Positions 35,166 to 43,903 are shown, numbered from the stretch's first letter. The stretch: DNA of 64,000 bases from an uncultured Geminicoccaceae bacterium (GCA_964393275.1 CAYMTA010000009.1:53544-117543); one strand, 5' to 3'. The notes: a model not told the origin generated them from the letters alone. Translations and numbers: made by a program.

Positions 35166-35220
35166 CCTCGCCCGAGATGTGTCCGGGCCTCGGCATCACA
35201 TCGCGTGCGCTCGCCGCCAC

Positions 35221-35234
35221 TTGACTGCGGTCAA
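35221..35234. promoter_or_regulatory. FNR/NNR-type box TTGACTGCGGTCAA
   Basis: Perfect palindrome upstream of the heme-copper oxidase-like operon. Confidence 0.7.
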
Positions 35235-35386
35235 GGACAGCGCCGCCGGCGCGGCCCTAGCGTTGATCATCAGTCTATCCACGCACGTCGGCAGAGCAAC
35301 GCCTGCTGGCGGTCGTGACCGGAGAGGGGAGCTCGGTCTTGGCACACCAAGGGACGGAAGAGGATCAAGGGGGACGGCCGCACGTC

Positions 35387-35506
35387 ATGCAGCGGCTGCT
35401 CGACAACCCGTTCCTCCTGGTTTTCATCGGCGTCACCATGCCGACGGTTCTCTACCTGATCTGGGGGGTCATGGAGATCACCCAGATTCCCCTCTCTCCG
35501 TCCTAG
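35387..35506 (+). CDS. 39-aa single-TM peptide, ba3-oxidase subunit IIa-like by position and size
   Basis: MQRLLDNPFLLVFIGVTMPTVLYLIWGVMEITQIPLSPS, immediately upstream of the subunit II gene. Confidence 0.45.
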   Translation: MQRLLDNPFLLVFIGVTMPTVLYLIWGVMEITQIPLSPS

Positions 35507-35547
35507 CACGCCGTCCCGGCCCCCCTTCAAAGACCTAGGAGATCGCC

Positions 35548-36129
35548 ATGGCGCTCCTGCCGCCGAAGAACCGCCTCTGGTGGAACGAGCCGCTGCATCG
35601 CATGGAGATCGTCTGGATCGCCATCGCCTTTCTCTGGGGCGTCGCGATGTTCTGCACCATGATCTGGTGGCACATCTACGGCCATCAGAACCTCTCCAAC
35701 GAGTCCTACCGGATCCTGCCCGACGTCTATGCCGAGCGGGTGGACGCCATGATCGACGAATACGAGGTCGGCGAGGACGAGTTCGGCATGCCGATCGTCC
35801 GACCGCCGGTCGGCTCCGACGTCTATTTGCAGGCTCGCTTGTGGGACTGGTCGCCGATCCTCGAGCTGGTCGAGGGCGAGACCTACCGCCTGCACATCTC
35901 CTCGATCGACTGGCAGCACGGCTTCTCGCTGCAGCCGACCAACATCAACCTGCAGGTCCATCCCGGCTACGAGATGGTGGTGACGCTGACCCCCAACGCA
36001 TCGGGTGACTTCGGCATCGTCTGCAACGAATTCTGCGGCATCGGCCATCACCTGATGACCGGCCGGATCAAGGTCCTCGACCGAGAGGCGGCCAAGGCCG
36101 CCGGCATGCAACTGGCGGCGGGAGAGTAG
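35548..36129 (+). CDS. Heme-copper oxidase superfamily subunit II with CuA site (single TM, B-family-like)
   Basis: HGFSL...CNEFCGIGHHLM matches the CuA pattern H..C-x-E-x-C-G-x-x-H-x-x-M. One N-terminal TM helix. Confidence 0.85.
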   Translation: MALLPPKNRLWWNEPLHRMEIVWIAIAFLWGVAMFCTMIWWHIYGHQNLSNESYRILPDVYAERVDAMIDEYEVGEDEFGMPIVRPPVGSDVYLQARLWDWSPILELVEGETYRLHISSIDWQHGFSLQPTNINLQVHPGYEMVVTLTPNASGDFGIVCNEFCGIGHHLMTGRIKVLDREAAKAAGMQLAAGE

Positions 36130-36131
36130 TC

Positions 36132-37850
36132 ATGGCGAGCATTGCGATCCCGGGACGCCAGGTGGCGGAAGAGCTCTTTCGCACCTGCCCCGACACTGGC
36201 CTCAAGGTGCACGCCAAGGCCGAGACGCTGATCCGCGTCAACGTCCTGACCGCGGTCGCCTTTCTCGCCGTGGGCGGGCTTTTCGGCCTCATGGTGGCCC
36301 TCACCCGCTGGCCGGTGATCCACCTCCTGCCAGCCGAGTGGTTCTACCTGGTCCTGACCGCGCACGGTGCCGCCGTGCTGCTCTTCTGGATCATGTTCTT
36401 CGAGGTGGCGATCTTCTACTTCACCTCGGCCGTCGTTCTGAACTCCCGATTGGCGACGCCCATGATGGCCTGGGTCGCCTATTTCATGATGCTGATCGGC
36501 GCCATCATCGCCACCGTCGCGGTGCTGCAGGGCAACTCCACGGTGATGTTCACCTCCTACCCGCCCCTGATGGCGGCCCCGCACTTCTATCTCGGCCTGA
36601 TCCTCTTCGCGGTCGGCACGCTGATCACCTGCTTCATCTTCCTCGGCACGCTGGTCGTCGCCAAGGACGAGGGGACCTACGAGGGCTCGATCCCGCTCGC
36701 CGCCTTCGGCGGGCTCACCGGTGCGATCATCATGATCTTCACTCTGGCCTCGGGTGCCATCATCCTGGTCCCGACCTTCCTCTGGTCGCTCGGCATCATC
36801 GGCACCATCGATCCGCTGACCTACAAGCTCGTCTGGTGGGGCCTCGGCCATTCCTCGCAGCAGGTGAACGTCACCCTGCACGTGGTCGTCTGGTACACCA
36901 TCGCCGCCCTCCTCCTGGGGGCCCGGCCGCTCTCGGAGAAGGTCAGCCGGTTCGCCTTCCTGCTCTACATCTTCTTCCTGCAGCTCGCCTCGGCCCACCA
37001 CCTCCTGGTCGAGCCGGGCCTGAGCTCGTCCTGGAAGATCTTCAACACCAGCTACGCCATGTACCTGGCGGTCCTGGGCTCGATGATCCACGGCATGAGC
37101 GTGCCGGGCGCCGTCGAGGCGGCGCAGCGCCGGCTCGGCCACACCAAGGGCATCTTCGGCTGGCTCAGGGACGCGCCCTGGGGCAACCCGGCCTTCTCCG
37201 GCATGTTCCTCTCGCTCGTCATGTTCGGCTTCTTGGGCGGCATCAGCGGCGTCATCCTCGGCACCGAGCAGATTAACATCCTGATGCACAACACCCTCTA
37301 CGTGCCGGGTCACTTCCACGCCACCGTGGTCTGCGGCACCACGCTCGCCTTCATGGCCGTCACCTACCTCCTGATCCCGATCTTCTTCCAGCGTGACCTC
37401 GTCTTCCCCCGGATGGCGAAGTGGCAGCCTTATGTCTTCGGCGCCGGGGCCGCCGGCATCTCGCTCTTCATGATGGGCGCCGGCACGCTCGGCGTGGCCA
37501 GGCGGCATTGGGACATCACCTTCACGGACGCGCTCATCACCTTCGACTACCCGGCCACCGCCTTCCTCATGCTCGGCCTGAACGGCCTCTCGGCCCTGGT
37601 CGCGGCGACCGGCGGCGTGATGTACGTCCTCGTCGTCTTCGGCTCGGTTTTCTGGGGCAAGCGGCGGACCGCGGCGGATGCCTTGTCGAACCCCATCGCC
37701 CCGGGTGCCGAGGCCCTCAGGACCTACGGCAGCGAGGGAACGCTGAAGCTGCCGGGCACCCTCGTGCTGATCACGGTCTTCTTCATCGCCTTCGCCCTCT
37801 ACTACTTCATCAACTGGCGCTTCCTGGCGGGCATCTGGGGCATGAGCTGA
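36132..37850 (+). CDS. Heme-copper oxidase superfamily subunit I, B-family (ba3)-like, lacking the cross-link Tyr (NO-reductase-type candidate)
   Basis: Aligns by eye to Thermus ba3 CbaA (IDPL..WWGLGH.., SAHHLL, GIFGWLRDAPWGNPAF, YVPGHFHATV). All six His ligands are present, but GHPIVY is GHSSQQ. Confidence 0.8.
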   Translation: MASIAIPGRQVAEELFRTCPDTGLKVHAKAETLIRVNVLTAVAFLAVGGLFGLMVALTRWPVIHLLPAEWFYLVLTAHGAAVLLFWIMFFEVAIFYFTSAVVLNSRLATPMMAWVAYFMMLIGAIIATVAVLQGNSTVMFTSYPPLMAAPHFYLGLILFAVGTLITCFIFLGTLVVAKDEGTYEGSIPLAAFGGLTGAIIMIFTLASGAIILVPTFLWSLGIIGTIDPLTYKLVWWGLGHSSQQVNVTLHVVVWYTIAALLLGARPLSEKVSRFAFLLYIFFLQLASAHHLLVEPGLSSSWKIFNTSYAMYLAVLGSMIHGMSVPGAVEAAQRRLGHTKGIFGWLRDAPWGNPAFSGMFLSLVMFGFLGGISGVILGTEQINILMHNTLYVPGHFHATVVCGTTLAFMAVTYLLIPIFFQRDLVFPRMAKWQPYVFGAGAAGISLFMMGAGTLGVARRHWDITFTDALITFDYPATAFLMLGLNGLSALVAATGGVMYVLVVFGSVFWGKRRTAADALSNPIAPGAEALRTYGSEGTLKLPGTLVLITVFFIAFALYYFINWRFLAGIWGMS

Positions 37851-37856
37851 GCCGAC

Positions 37857-38732
37857 ATGCGTCCGACCCAGCCACTCGTCCAACACATCGTCTCGGTCTT
37901 CAAGCTCCGGATCGCCGTCGTCATCGCCTTGAGCGCCCTGGCGGGCGTGGCGGTGACGCCCGGAGCACCTCTCTCGCCGGCCCAGATCACAGTGCTGACC
38001 TTGGCGGTGCTGCTCTCCTCGGGTGCCGCGGGCGCCTTCAACCAGCTCTTCGAGCGCGATCTCGACGCCCGCATGATGCGCACCCGACGACGGCCATTCG
38101 CCAGCGGCGAATGGCGGGGCGGCCCCGCCTGGTGGGCGCTCATCGTCGCCATCCTGGCGCTCGGCGTGAGCATGGCGGCCGTTGTCCTCAACGTCACCAC
38201 CGCCGTGCTCCTCTTCCTCGGCGCCTTCACCTACGGCGTCGTCTACACGGTCTGGCTCAAGCGCCGCACGGTCTGGAACATCGTCATCGGCGGCCTCGCC
38301 GGCAGCTTCGCGGTCCTCGCCGGTGCCGCGGCCGTCGATCCGGCCATGAGCGCGGCACCCCTCGTCCTCGCCGTCGTGCTCTTCCTCTGGACGCCACCAC
38401 ATTTCTGGTCCCTGGCGCTCATGGCCAAGGACGACTACGCCGCCAACGGCGTGCCGATGCTGCCGGCGGTCAAGGGCGACGCCTTCACCGCCTGGGCGAT
38501 CCTCCTCCATGCCGTGGCCCTCGCGGTGCTCGCGGTGGTGCCCTTCTTCCTCGGCATGGGCTGGATCTACCTCCTGGCCGCGGTCGTCGGCGGCGCGTAT
38601 TTCGTCAAGACCAGCGTCGCCCTGGTGCTGCGGCCGAGCCGCGCCGCCGCCTTCGCCAACTTCAAGAGCTCGCTCCTGCAGCTTTCGCTCCTCCTGTTCG
38701 GCGCCATGGGCGATGCGGCGCTCCTGGGCTAG
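37857..38732 (+). CDS. ctaB: Protoheme IX farnesyltransferase (heme O synthase)
   Basis: UbiA-family: NQLFERDLDARMMRTRRRP..., 8-9 TM segments. Confidence 0.88.
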   Translation: MRPTQPLVQHIVSVFKLRIAVVIALSALAGVAVTPGAPLSPAQITVLTLAVLLSSGAAGAFNQLFERDLDARMMRTRRRPFASGEWRGGPAWWALIVAILALGVSMAAVVLNVTTAVLLFLGAFTYGVVYTVWLKRRTVWNIVIGGLAGSFAVLAGAAAVDPAMSAAPLVLAVVLFLWTPPHFWSLALMAKDDYAANGVPMLPAVKGDAFTAWAILLHAVALAVLAVVPFFLGMGWIYLLAAVVGGAYFVKTSVALVLRPSRAAAFANFKSSLLQLSLLLFGAMGDAALLG

Positions 38733-39549
38733 GGGGCGTCTGCTCGGCGCCCTCCTCTGCTTCTTGCCTGCGTTCCCGGCCGTCGCCGAGGATGCGCCCA
38801 ATCCCTTCGACGAGCGCGCCGCCCTTGCCTACAGCCAGGCCGCCATTGGCCGCGCCGTCTCCGACCACACCTTCCTGGACAGCGCCCGCCAGCCGGTGAA
38901 TCTCGCCGATTATCGCGGCAAGCCGCTGATCTTGAACCTTGTCTTCACCGCCTGCTCGACGACCTGCCCGATCATCGTCCAGTCGCTGCATCGCGGCGTG
39001 CGGATCGCCAACGGCGCCCTCGGTCCCGACGCCTTCTCCGTCGTCACCATCGGCTTCGACACCGATCGCGACACGCCCGAGCAGATGCGCGCCTTTGCCG
39101 CCGATCAGGGCGTGCGGATGCCGAACTGGACCTTCCTCAGCGCCGACAAGGCCACCATCGACGCCCTTTCGGCCGAGGTCGGCTTCATCTACTTCCCCTC
39201 GCCGCGCGGCTTCGACCACCTGACGACCACCACCATCCTCGACGCCGATGGCACGGTCTTCCGCCACGTCTATGGCGACCTCTTCGAGCCGCCAGCGGTG
39301 GTCGAGCCCTTGAAGGACCTCGTCTGGAGCCGCTTCAGCCCGATCACGGACCTCGAGGGCGTGTGGAATCGGGTCCGGCTGCTCTGCACCCTTTACGATC
39401 CGAAGAACGACCGCTACCGCTTCGATTACGGAATTTTCTTCGGCATCTTCGCCGGCATCCTTTGCCTCGGCGGCATCGCCGTTGTCCTGGTGCGCGCCTG
39501 GCTCACCACGCGGCGGCGACCGGACGTGGCCTTGCCGGCGCGGCGGTAG
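38713..39549 (+). CDS. SCO1/SenC-related thioredoxin-fold protein, atypical (CSTTC motif, C-terminal TM anchor)
   Basis: Internal ATG overlapping the ctaB end. Signal peptide, NLVFTACSTTCP, DTPEQMRAFA, FDHLTTTTILD. Has an extra C-terminal segment with a TM helix (FFGIFAGILCLGGIAVVLV). Confidence 0.65.
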   Translation: MRRSWARGRLLGALLCFLPAFPAVAEDAPNPFDERAALAYSQAAIGRAVSDHTFLDSARQPVNLADYRGKPLILNLVFTACSTTCPIIVQSLHRGVRIANGALGPDAFSVVTIGFDTDRDTPEQMRAFAADQGVRMPNWTFLSADKATIDALSAEVGFIYFPSPRGFDHLTTTTILDADGTVFRHVYGDLFEPPAVVEPLKDLVWSRFSPITDLEGVWNRVRLLCTLYDPKNDRYRFDYGIFFGIFAGILCLGGIAVVLVRAWLTTRRRPDVALPARR

Positions 39550-39560
39550 CGGGAATCGGC

Positions 39561-41150
39561 ATGGATCTTCTTCGTCGCACCTTGCGCGCGGGCTTCGCCC
39601 GCATCGAGGCGCTGCTCGACCGCGTGTTCCCGCCGGCCTGGCAGCCTCTCTACCACCTCGGCGCATTGTCCTTCTTCTGCCTCTGGATCGTCTTCGTCAG
39701 CGGCCTCTACGTCTACGCCTTCTTCGACACCGGCACGATCGACGCCTTCCAGTCGGTCGAGAGCATGAGCACCCGCTACTGGTGGCACGCCGGCGTCATG
39801 CGCAGCCTGCACCGCTACGCCTCGGCCGGCATGGTGCTCTTCATGTTCCTGCACCTGCTGCGCGAGTTCTCCCTCGACCGCTACCGGGGGTCCCGCTGGT
39901 TCACCTGGGTCACCGGCGTCATCATCATCTGGTTCGTCTACATCTCCGGCATCACCGGCTACTGGCTGGTCTGGGACCAGCTCGCCCAGTTCGTCGCGAT
40001 CCGGACATCCGAGCTGATCGACGCCATCGGCATTTTCGGCGAGCCCATCGCCCGCAACTTCCTGACGCCCGGCAGTCTCGACGACCGCTTCTTCTCGCTG
40101 ATGCTGTTCCTGCACATCGCCATCCCGCTGATCCTCCTCATGGTCATGTGGATCCATCTGCAGCGGGTGACCCGGCCCGAGATCAACCCGGCGCGCGGCC
40201 TCGCCATTCTCATGCTGGTCGCTTTCGTCGCCCTGGCGCTGGTCATGCCCGCGACCAGCCAGGCTCCGGCCGACCTCGGGCGCGTGCTGGGGAGGATCGG
40301 CCTCGACTGGTACTATCTCGGCACCTACCCCCTGGCCGACGTCATCGGTGCCCGGGGCCTCCTGGGTCTGCTCGGCGTCATCACGATCATCCTCGTCGCC
40401 CTGCCGCTCATGCCGCCCATGCGGCGCCCGCCGGCGGCCACCGTCAATCTCGAGTTCTGCAACGGCTGCGAGCGCTGCGTCCACGACTGCCCCTACGAAG
40501 CCGTGGTCCTGGTGCCACGCACCGATAACCTGCCCTTTCAGCACGAGGCCCGGGTCAACCCCTCGCTCTGCGTGAGCTGCGGCATCTGCACCGGCGCCTG
40601 CCCGACCGCGACACCGTTCCGCCAGCGCGGCCGGATGATCGCCGGCATCGAGCTGCCGCATCTGGCGCTCAAGGATCTGCGCGCCCTCACCGACAAGGCG
40701 GCCCAGGGCCTGACCGGCGACCGGCGGGTCATCGCCATCGGCTGCGATCACGGCGTCGACCTGAAAGGACTGGCCGAGCAGGGCGTCGGCATCGTCCGCC
40801 TCCCCTGCACCGGCATGCTGCCGCCGCCCTTCATCGACTACATCCTCAGCCGCGATCTCGCCGACGGCGTGGTGCTGACCGGCTGCGCCGAGGAAGCCTG
40901 CCAGAACCGCAACGGCATCGCCTGGACCGAGGCCCGGATCGAGGGCGAGCGCGACCCCCATCTGCGCAAGCGCGTGCCGCGTGAGCGAATCCTGCGCTTC
41001 TGGCCGGGCAGGACGGGTGCCACGGCCCTCGCTCGGGCAATCGAGGCCTTCCGCGCCACCCTGCCGGACCAGCCGAGCGCCAAGGCGGCGCCGCGCAAGG
41101 CCGCACCGGCGGCCGAGCCGGTCCAGACAGCGGCCTCCGGCAATGAGTAG
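39561..41150 (+). CDS. Fusion protein: di-heme cytochrome b (6 TM) + 2x[4Fe-4S] ferredoxin + MvhD/FlpD-like domain
   Basis: HRYASAGMVLFMFLH and FLHIAIPLILLMVMWIH (two H-x13-H pairs). CNGCERCVHDCP and CVSCGICTGACP. RLPCTGMLPPPFIDYILSRDLADGVVLTGCAEEACQNRNG resembles the MvhD motif. Confidence 0.75.
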   Translation: MDLLRRTLRAGFARIEALLDRVFPPAWQPLYHLGALSFFCLWIVFVSGLYVYAFFDTGTIDAFQSVESMSTRYWWHAGVMRSLHRYASAGMVLFMFLHLLREFSLDRYRGSRWFTWVTGVIIIWFVYISGITGYWLVWDQLAQFVAIRTSELIDAIGIFGEPIARNFLTPGSLDDRFFSLMLFLHIAIPLILLMVMWIHLQRVTRPEINPARGLAILMLVAFVALALVMPATSQAPADLGRVLGRIGLDWYYLGTYPLADVIGARGLLGLLGVITIILVALPLMPPMRRPPAATVNLEFCNGCERCVHDCPYEAVVLVPRTDNLPFQHEARVNPSLCVSCGICTGACPTATPFRQRGRMIAGIELPHLALKDLRALTDKAAQGLTGDRRVIAIGCDHGVDLKGLAEQGVGIVRLPCTGMLPPPFIDYILSRDLADGVVLTGCAEEACQNRNGIAWTEARIEGERDPHLRKRVPRERILRFWPGRTGATALARAIEAFRATLPDQPSAKAAPRKAAPAAEPVQTAASGNE

Positions 41151-41643
41151 GGGGCTGAAATGGCTCGGCCAGGGGCTCGTCCTGGCGCTGATCATGCTGG
41201 CGATCGGCTACCTCGCCAATCGGCCGGCCTACACCAACTTTCCCGAGGACCAGGCAATGATCCGCCTCAGCTTCAGCCATGGCGGCGGCCGGCCCGATTG
41301 CCGTCGGCGCACGCCGGAGGAGCTGGCGGCCCTGCCTCCCAACATGCGAGCGCCCATGGACTGCCCGCGCGGCCGCCTGCCGGTCACGGTCGAGCTCGAT
41401 CTCGACGGCTCCCCGCTCTATCATGCCCTTTTGCCGCCTGGCGGGCTCCAGGGTGACGGGCCGTCCCGCGTGCACCGGGGCTTCGCCGTATCACCGGGCA
41501 CGCACACGATCACCGCCCGACTGCGCGACAGTGACCGGACGGAGGGCTTCGACTACACCAAGGAGGTCACCCTCGACCTCGCCCCCCGGCAGAACCTGGT
41601 GATCGATTTCAAGACCGACGCCGGCGGCTTCATCGTTCATTGA
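41143..41643 (+). CDS. Hypothetical single-TM protein
   Basis: The ATG overlaps the upstream stop (ATGAGTAG). N-terminal TM helix WLGQGLVLALIMLAIGYL. No family recognised. Confidence 0.5.
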   Translation: MSRGLKWLGQGLVLALIMLAIGYLANRPAYTNFPEDQAMIRLSFSHGGGRPDCRRRTPEELAALPPNMRAPMDCPRGRLPVTVELDLDGSPLYHALLPPGGLQGDGPSRVHRGFAVSPGTHTITARLRDSDRTEGFDYTKEVTLDLAPRQNLVIDFKTDAGGFIVH

Positions 41644-41670
41644 GCAGGTATCGAGGAAGGAGCGACGCCG

Positions 41671-42324
41671 ATGCGCCAGCATACCGGATCACCCAGGCTG
41701 CTGACCGGCGGCGGGCGCGGCCTCCTGCTGCCGCTTCTCGTCGTCGTCTTCATCGGCGCCACCGGCTGGCTCGCCTCGACGATCCTGCCCTGGCGCGACT
41801 TCTTCTCCGAAGCTCCGGCCGTGCCGGTGATCGAGACCGAAAGCCTCCTCGCCCTCGTCGACCATCATGGCCAGAAGCTTGCCCCGGCCGCGCTCCAGAA
41901 CCCCGTCAACCTGGTTTTTTTCGGCTATACCCACTGTCCCGACGTCTGCCCCCTCGAGCTCGCCACCATGGCGGCGGCCCTCGACCGGCTGGGTGACGCG
42001 GCTGGCCGGGTCGGCGCCTTCTTCGTCAGCGTCGATCCGGAGCGCGACACGCCGGAACAGCTCGCCAGCTATGTCGCCCTCTTTCACCCGGGGATCACCG
42101 GGCTCACCGGCACGCCGGAGGAGGTCGCCGCCACGGCTGGCGCCTTTCATGCCTATTATGCTAGGGTCGATCAGGAGGACGGTTCCTACACGATGGACCA
42201 CTTCGCCCGCACGATGGTCCTCGACCGGGACGGGCATCTGATCGCAGCCATCCCCTTCGACCAGTCGCCCGAGACCCTGGAGAAGGCCATCCGGCCGCTT
42301 CTCGAAAGCGAGGAGGCTGGCTGA
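41671..42324 (+). CDS. SCO1/SenC copper chaperone
   Basis: FGYTHCPDVCP, DPERDTPEQL, DHFARTMVLD. Confidence 0.88.
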   Translation: MRQHTGSPRLLTGGGRGLLLPLLVVVFIGATGWLASTILPWRDFFSEAPAVPVIETESLLALVDHHGQKLAPAALQNPVNLVFFGYTHCPDVCPLELATMAAALDRLGDAAGRVGAFFVSVDPERDTPEQLASYVALFHPGITGLTGTPEEVAATAGAFHAYYARVDQEDGSYTMDHFARTMVLDRDGHLIAAIPFDQSPETLEKAIRPLLESEEAG

Positions 42325-42343
42325 ACGCGCAAAGGAGACGACC

Positions 42344-42787
42344 ATGCCGCTCTTGCCCTGGTCCGAGAGGTTCAAGCTCGGCATTCCCTCGGTCGATTTC
42401 GAGCATAAGGAGCTGGTCGACCTGATCAACGAGCTCTACGACAGCCTCGGCCACACGCCCACGAAGGACGCGGTCATGGCTTTCCTCGAGGAGATCAACG
42501 CCAAGATCCACGCGCATTTCGCGCTCGAGGAGAAGGTCATGCGCGGCATGCGCTATGACGAGCTCGATGACCACAAGGACGAGCACGAGGATCTCCTGGA
42601 CGGCATCCGCGATATCATGGAGAGGACCGAGGCCGGCGGCTTCGTCGACCTCGAGGCCGAGCTCGGGCCGCGGCTCAAGGCCTGGTTCGGCAATCATTTC
42701 GCTACCAAGGATGCCCGCCTGCATCACTTCATGGAGGAGCAGGGCATCGACGAGGAAAGCTTCGCCCGCCAGCATCCCGATGCCTGA
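42344..42787 (+). CDS. Bacteriohemerythrin-like protein
   Basis: W-x3-F-x-LGIPSVDFEHKELV..., HFALEE, H-x3-H/E pattern. Confidence 0.85.
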   Translation: MPLLPWSERFKLGIPSVDFEHKELVDLINELYDSLGHTPTKDAVMAFLEEINAKIHAHFALEEKVMRGMRYDELDDHKDEHEDLLDGIRDIMERTEAGGFVDLEAELGPRLKAWFGNHFATKDARLHHFMEEQGIDEESFARQHPDA

Positions 42788-42792
42788 GCGCC

Positions 42793-42806
42793 TTGACTTG
42801 GATCAA
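42793..42806. promoter_or_regulatory. FNR/NNR-type box TTGACTTGGATCAA
   Basis: Read directly. Lies 6 nt after the hemerythrin stop and about 70 bp upstream of the TrpD-like gene. Confidence 0.6.
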
Positions 42807-42871
42807 GGCCGAAGCGGTCATGCCGTGGCATAGTTATCCTGAAGGCCGAGTAGATCAGGGAGCCATCGACC

Positions 42872-43903
42872 ATGAGCCTTCATACGGCCACGCATGAGCG
42901 CGGCCCGGTCCTGGCCGATGCCCGGGAGCACCCGTTCGCCGCCACCCTTCGCGTCGTCGCCAAGGGCGAGAAGCTCGGCCGCAGCCTGACCATGGAGGAG
43001 GCGCACGAGGCAATGCGCCTCGTCCTCGAGGGTCGGGTCGAGCAGGTCCAGCTCGGCGCCTTCCTCGCCGTGCTGCGCTATCGCAAGGAGACCGGGGCCG
43101 AGCTTGCCGGCTTCGCGCTGGCCGCCCGCGACTGCCTGACCTGGGATGCCCTGCCGGCCGCGGCGCTCGACTGGCCGTCCTATGCCGACCGGCACCGCCA
43201 GCTTCCGTATTTTGTCCTCTCGGCCCTGCTGGTGGCCGGCGCCGGCGTTCGCGTCCTGATGCACGGTGTCGAGGGCGAGGGACCGGCCGGCACGCGCGCC
43301 ATGCTGCGCGCCCTGGACGTGCCCATGGCCACGAGCTCGGACGACGCCGAGCGGCACATGGCGGAACGCGCGTTCGCCTACCTGCCGCTCGAAGCCATCT
43401 GCCCGGCGCTCGACCGGCTGCTCGAGCTCCGCCCGCTCCTGGGATTGCGCTCGCCGGCCAACACCTACGCCCGCGAGTTGAACCCGGCCGCCGCACCCTG
43501 CCAGATCCAGGGCGTCTTCCACCCCAACTACGCCGACCTGCATGCCCATGCCGCGAGCCGTCTCGGCCAGCCCCGGGCCGCCATCTTCAAGGGCGGTGGC
43601 GGCGAAGGTCAGATCAACCCGCTGAAGCCCATCGCCCTGACCCTGGTCGAGGATGGCCAGGTGCGCCGCGAGACCTGGCCCGCCCTCCTCGAAGCGGACG
43701 ACGCCGGCTGGCGGGACGAGCCCCTGGAGCTGTCGCGCGTCCTCGAGCTCTGGCGTGGGACGCGCACCGCCCCCGGACCCGAGGCCGCGATCATCGGCAC
43801 GACCGCCATAGCCCTGCACCTCACCGGCAGCGCTCCCACACCCGAGAGTGCCCTGGCCGCTGCCAGCGATCTTTGGCAGAGCCGCGACCGCTCGCGCTAC
43901 TAG
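42872..43903 (+). CDS. Glycosyltransferase family 3 / anthranilate phosphoribosyltransferase-like (TrpD2-type) protein
   Basis: N-terminal helical bundle pattern LTMEEAHEAMRLVLEGRVEQVQLGAFLAVLRYRKETGAELAGF. Confidence 0.65.
   Translation: MSLHTATHERGPVLADAREHPFAATLRVVAKGEKLGRSLTMEEAHEAMRLVLEGRVEQVQLGAFLAVLRYRKETGAELAGFALAARDCLTWDALPAAALDWPSYADRHRQLPYFVLSALLVAGAGVRVLMHGVEGEGPAGTRAMLRALDVPMATSSDDAERHMAERAFAYLPLEAICPALDRLLELRPLLGLRSPANTYARELNPAAAPCQIQGVFHPNYADLHAHAASRLGQPRAAIFKGGGGEGQINPLKPIALTLVEDGQVRRETWPALLEADDAGWRDEPLELSRVLELWRGTRTAPGPEAAIIGTTAIALHLTGSAPTPESALAAASDLWQSRDRSRY

Noticed and set aside
35548-37850. Simple annotation as an ordinary ba3/aa3 cytochrome c oxidase
   Set aside because: The His-Tyr cross-link motif is GHSSQQ rather than GHPIVY, and the operon sits under an NNR-type box beside nirS. 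A plain O2-reductase call is therefore not safe. It remains a formal possibility until tested.
36048-38801. 917-aa ORF antisense to the oxidase subunit I / ctaB genes
   Set aside because: It lies opposite genes with clear His-ligand and UbiA motifs. The product is a low-complexity Gly/Asp/Glu/Arg-rich sequence.
39426-41195. 589-aa ORF antisense to the cytochrome b fusion gene
   Set aside because: The sense frame has H-x13-H pairs, ferredoxin motifs and an MvhD-like block. The antisense product is featureless.
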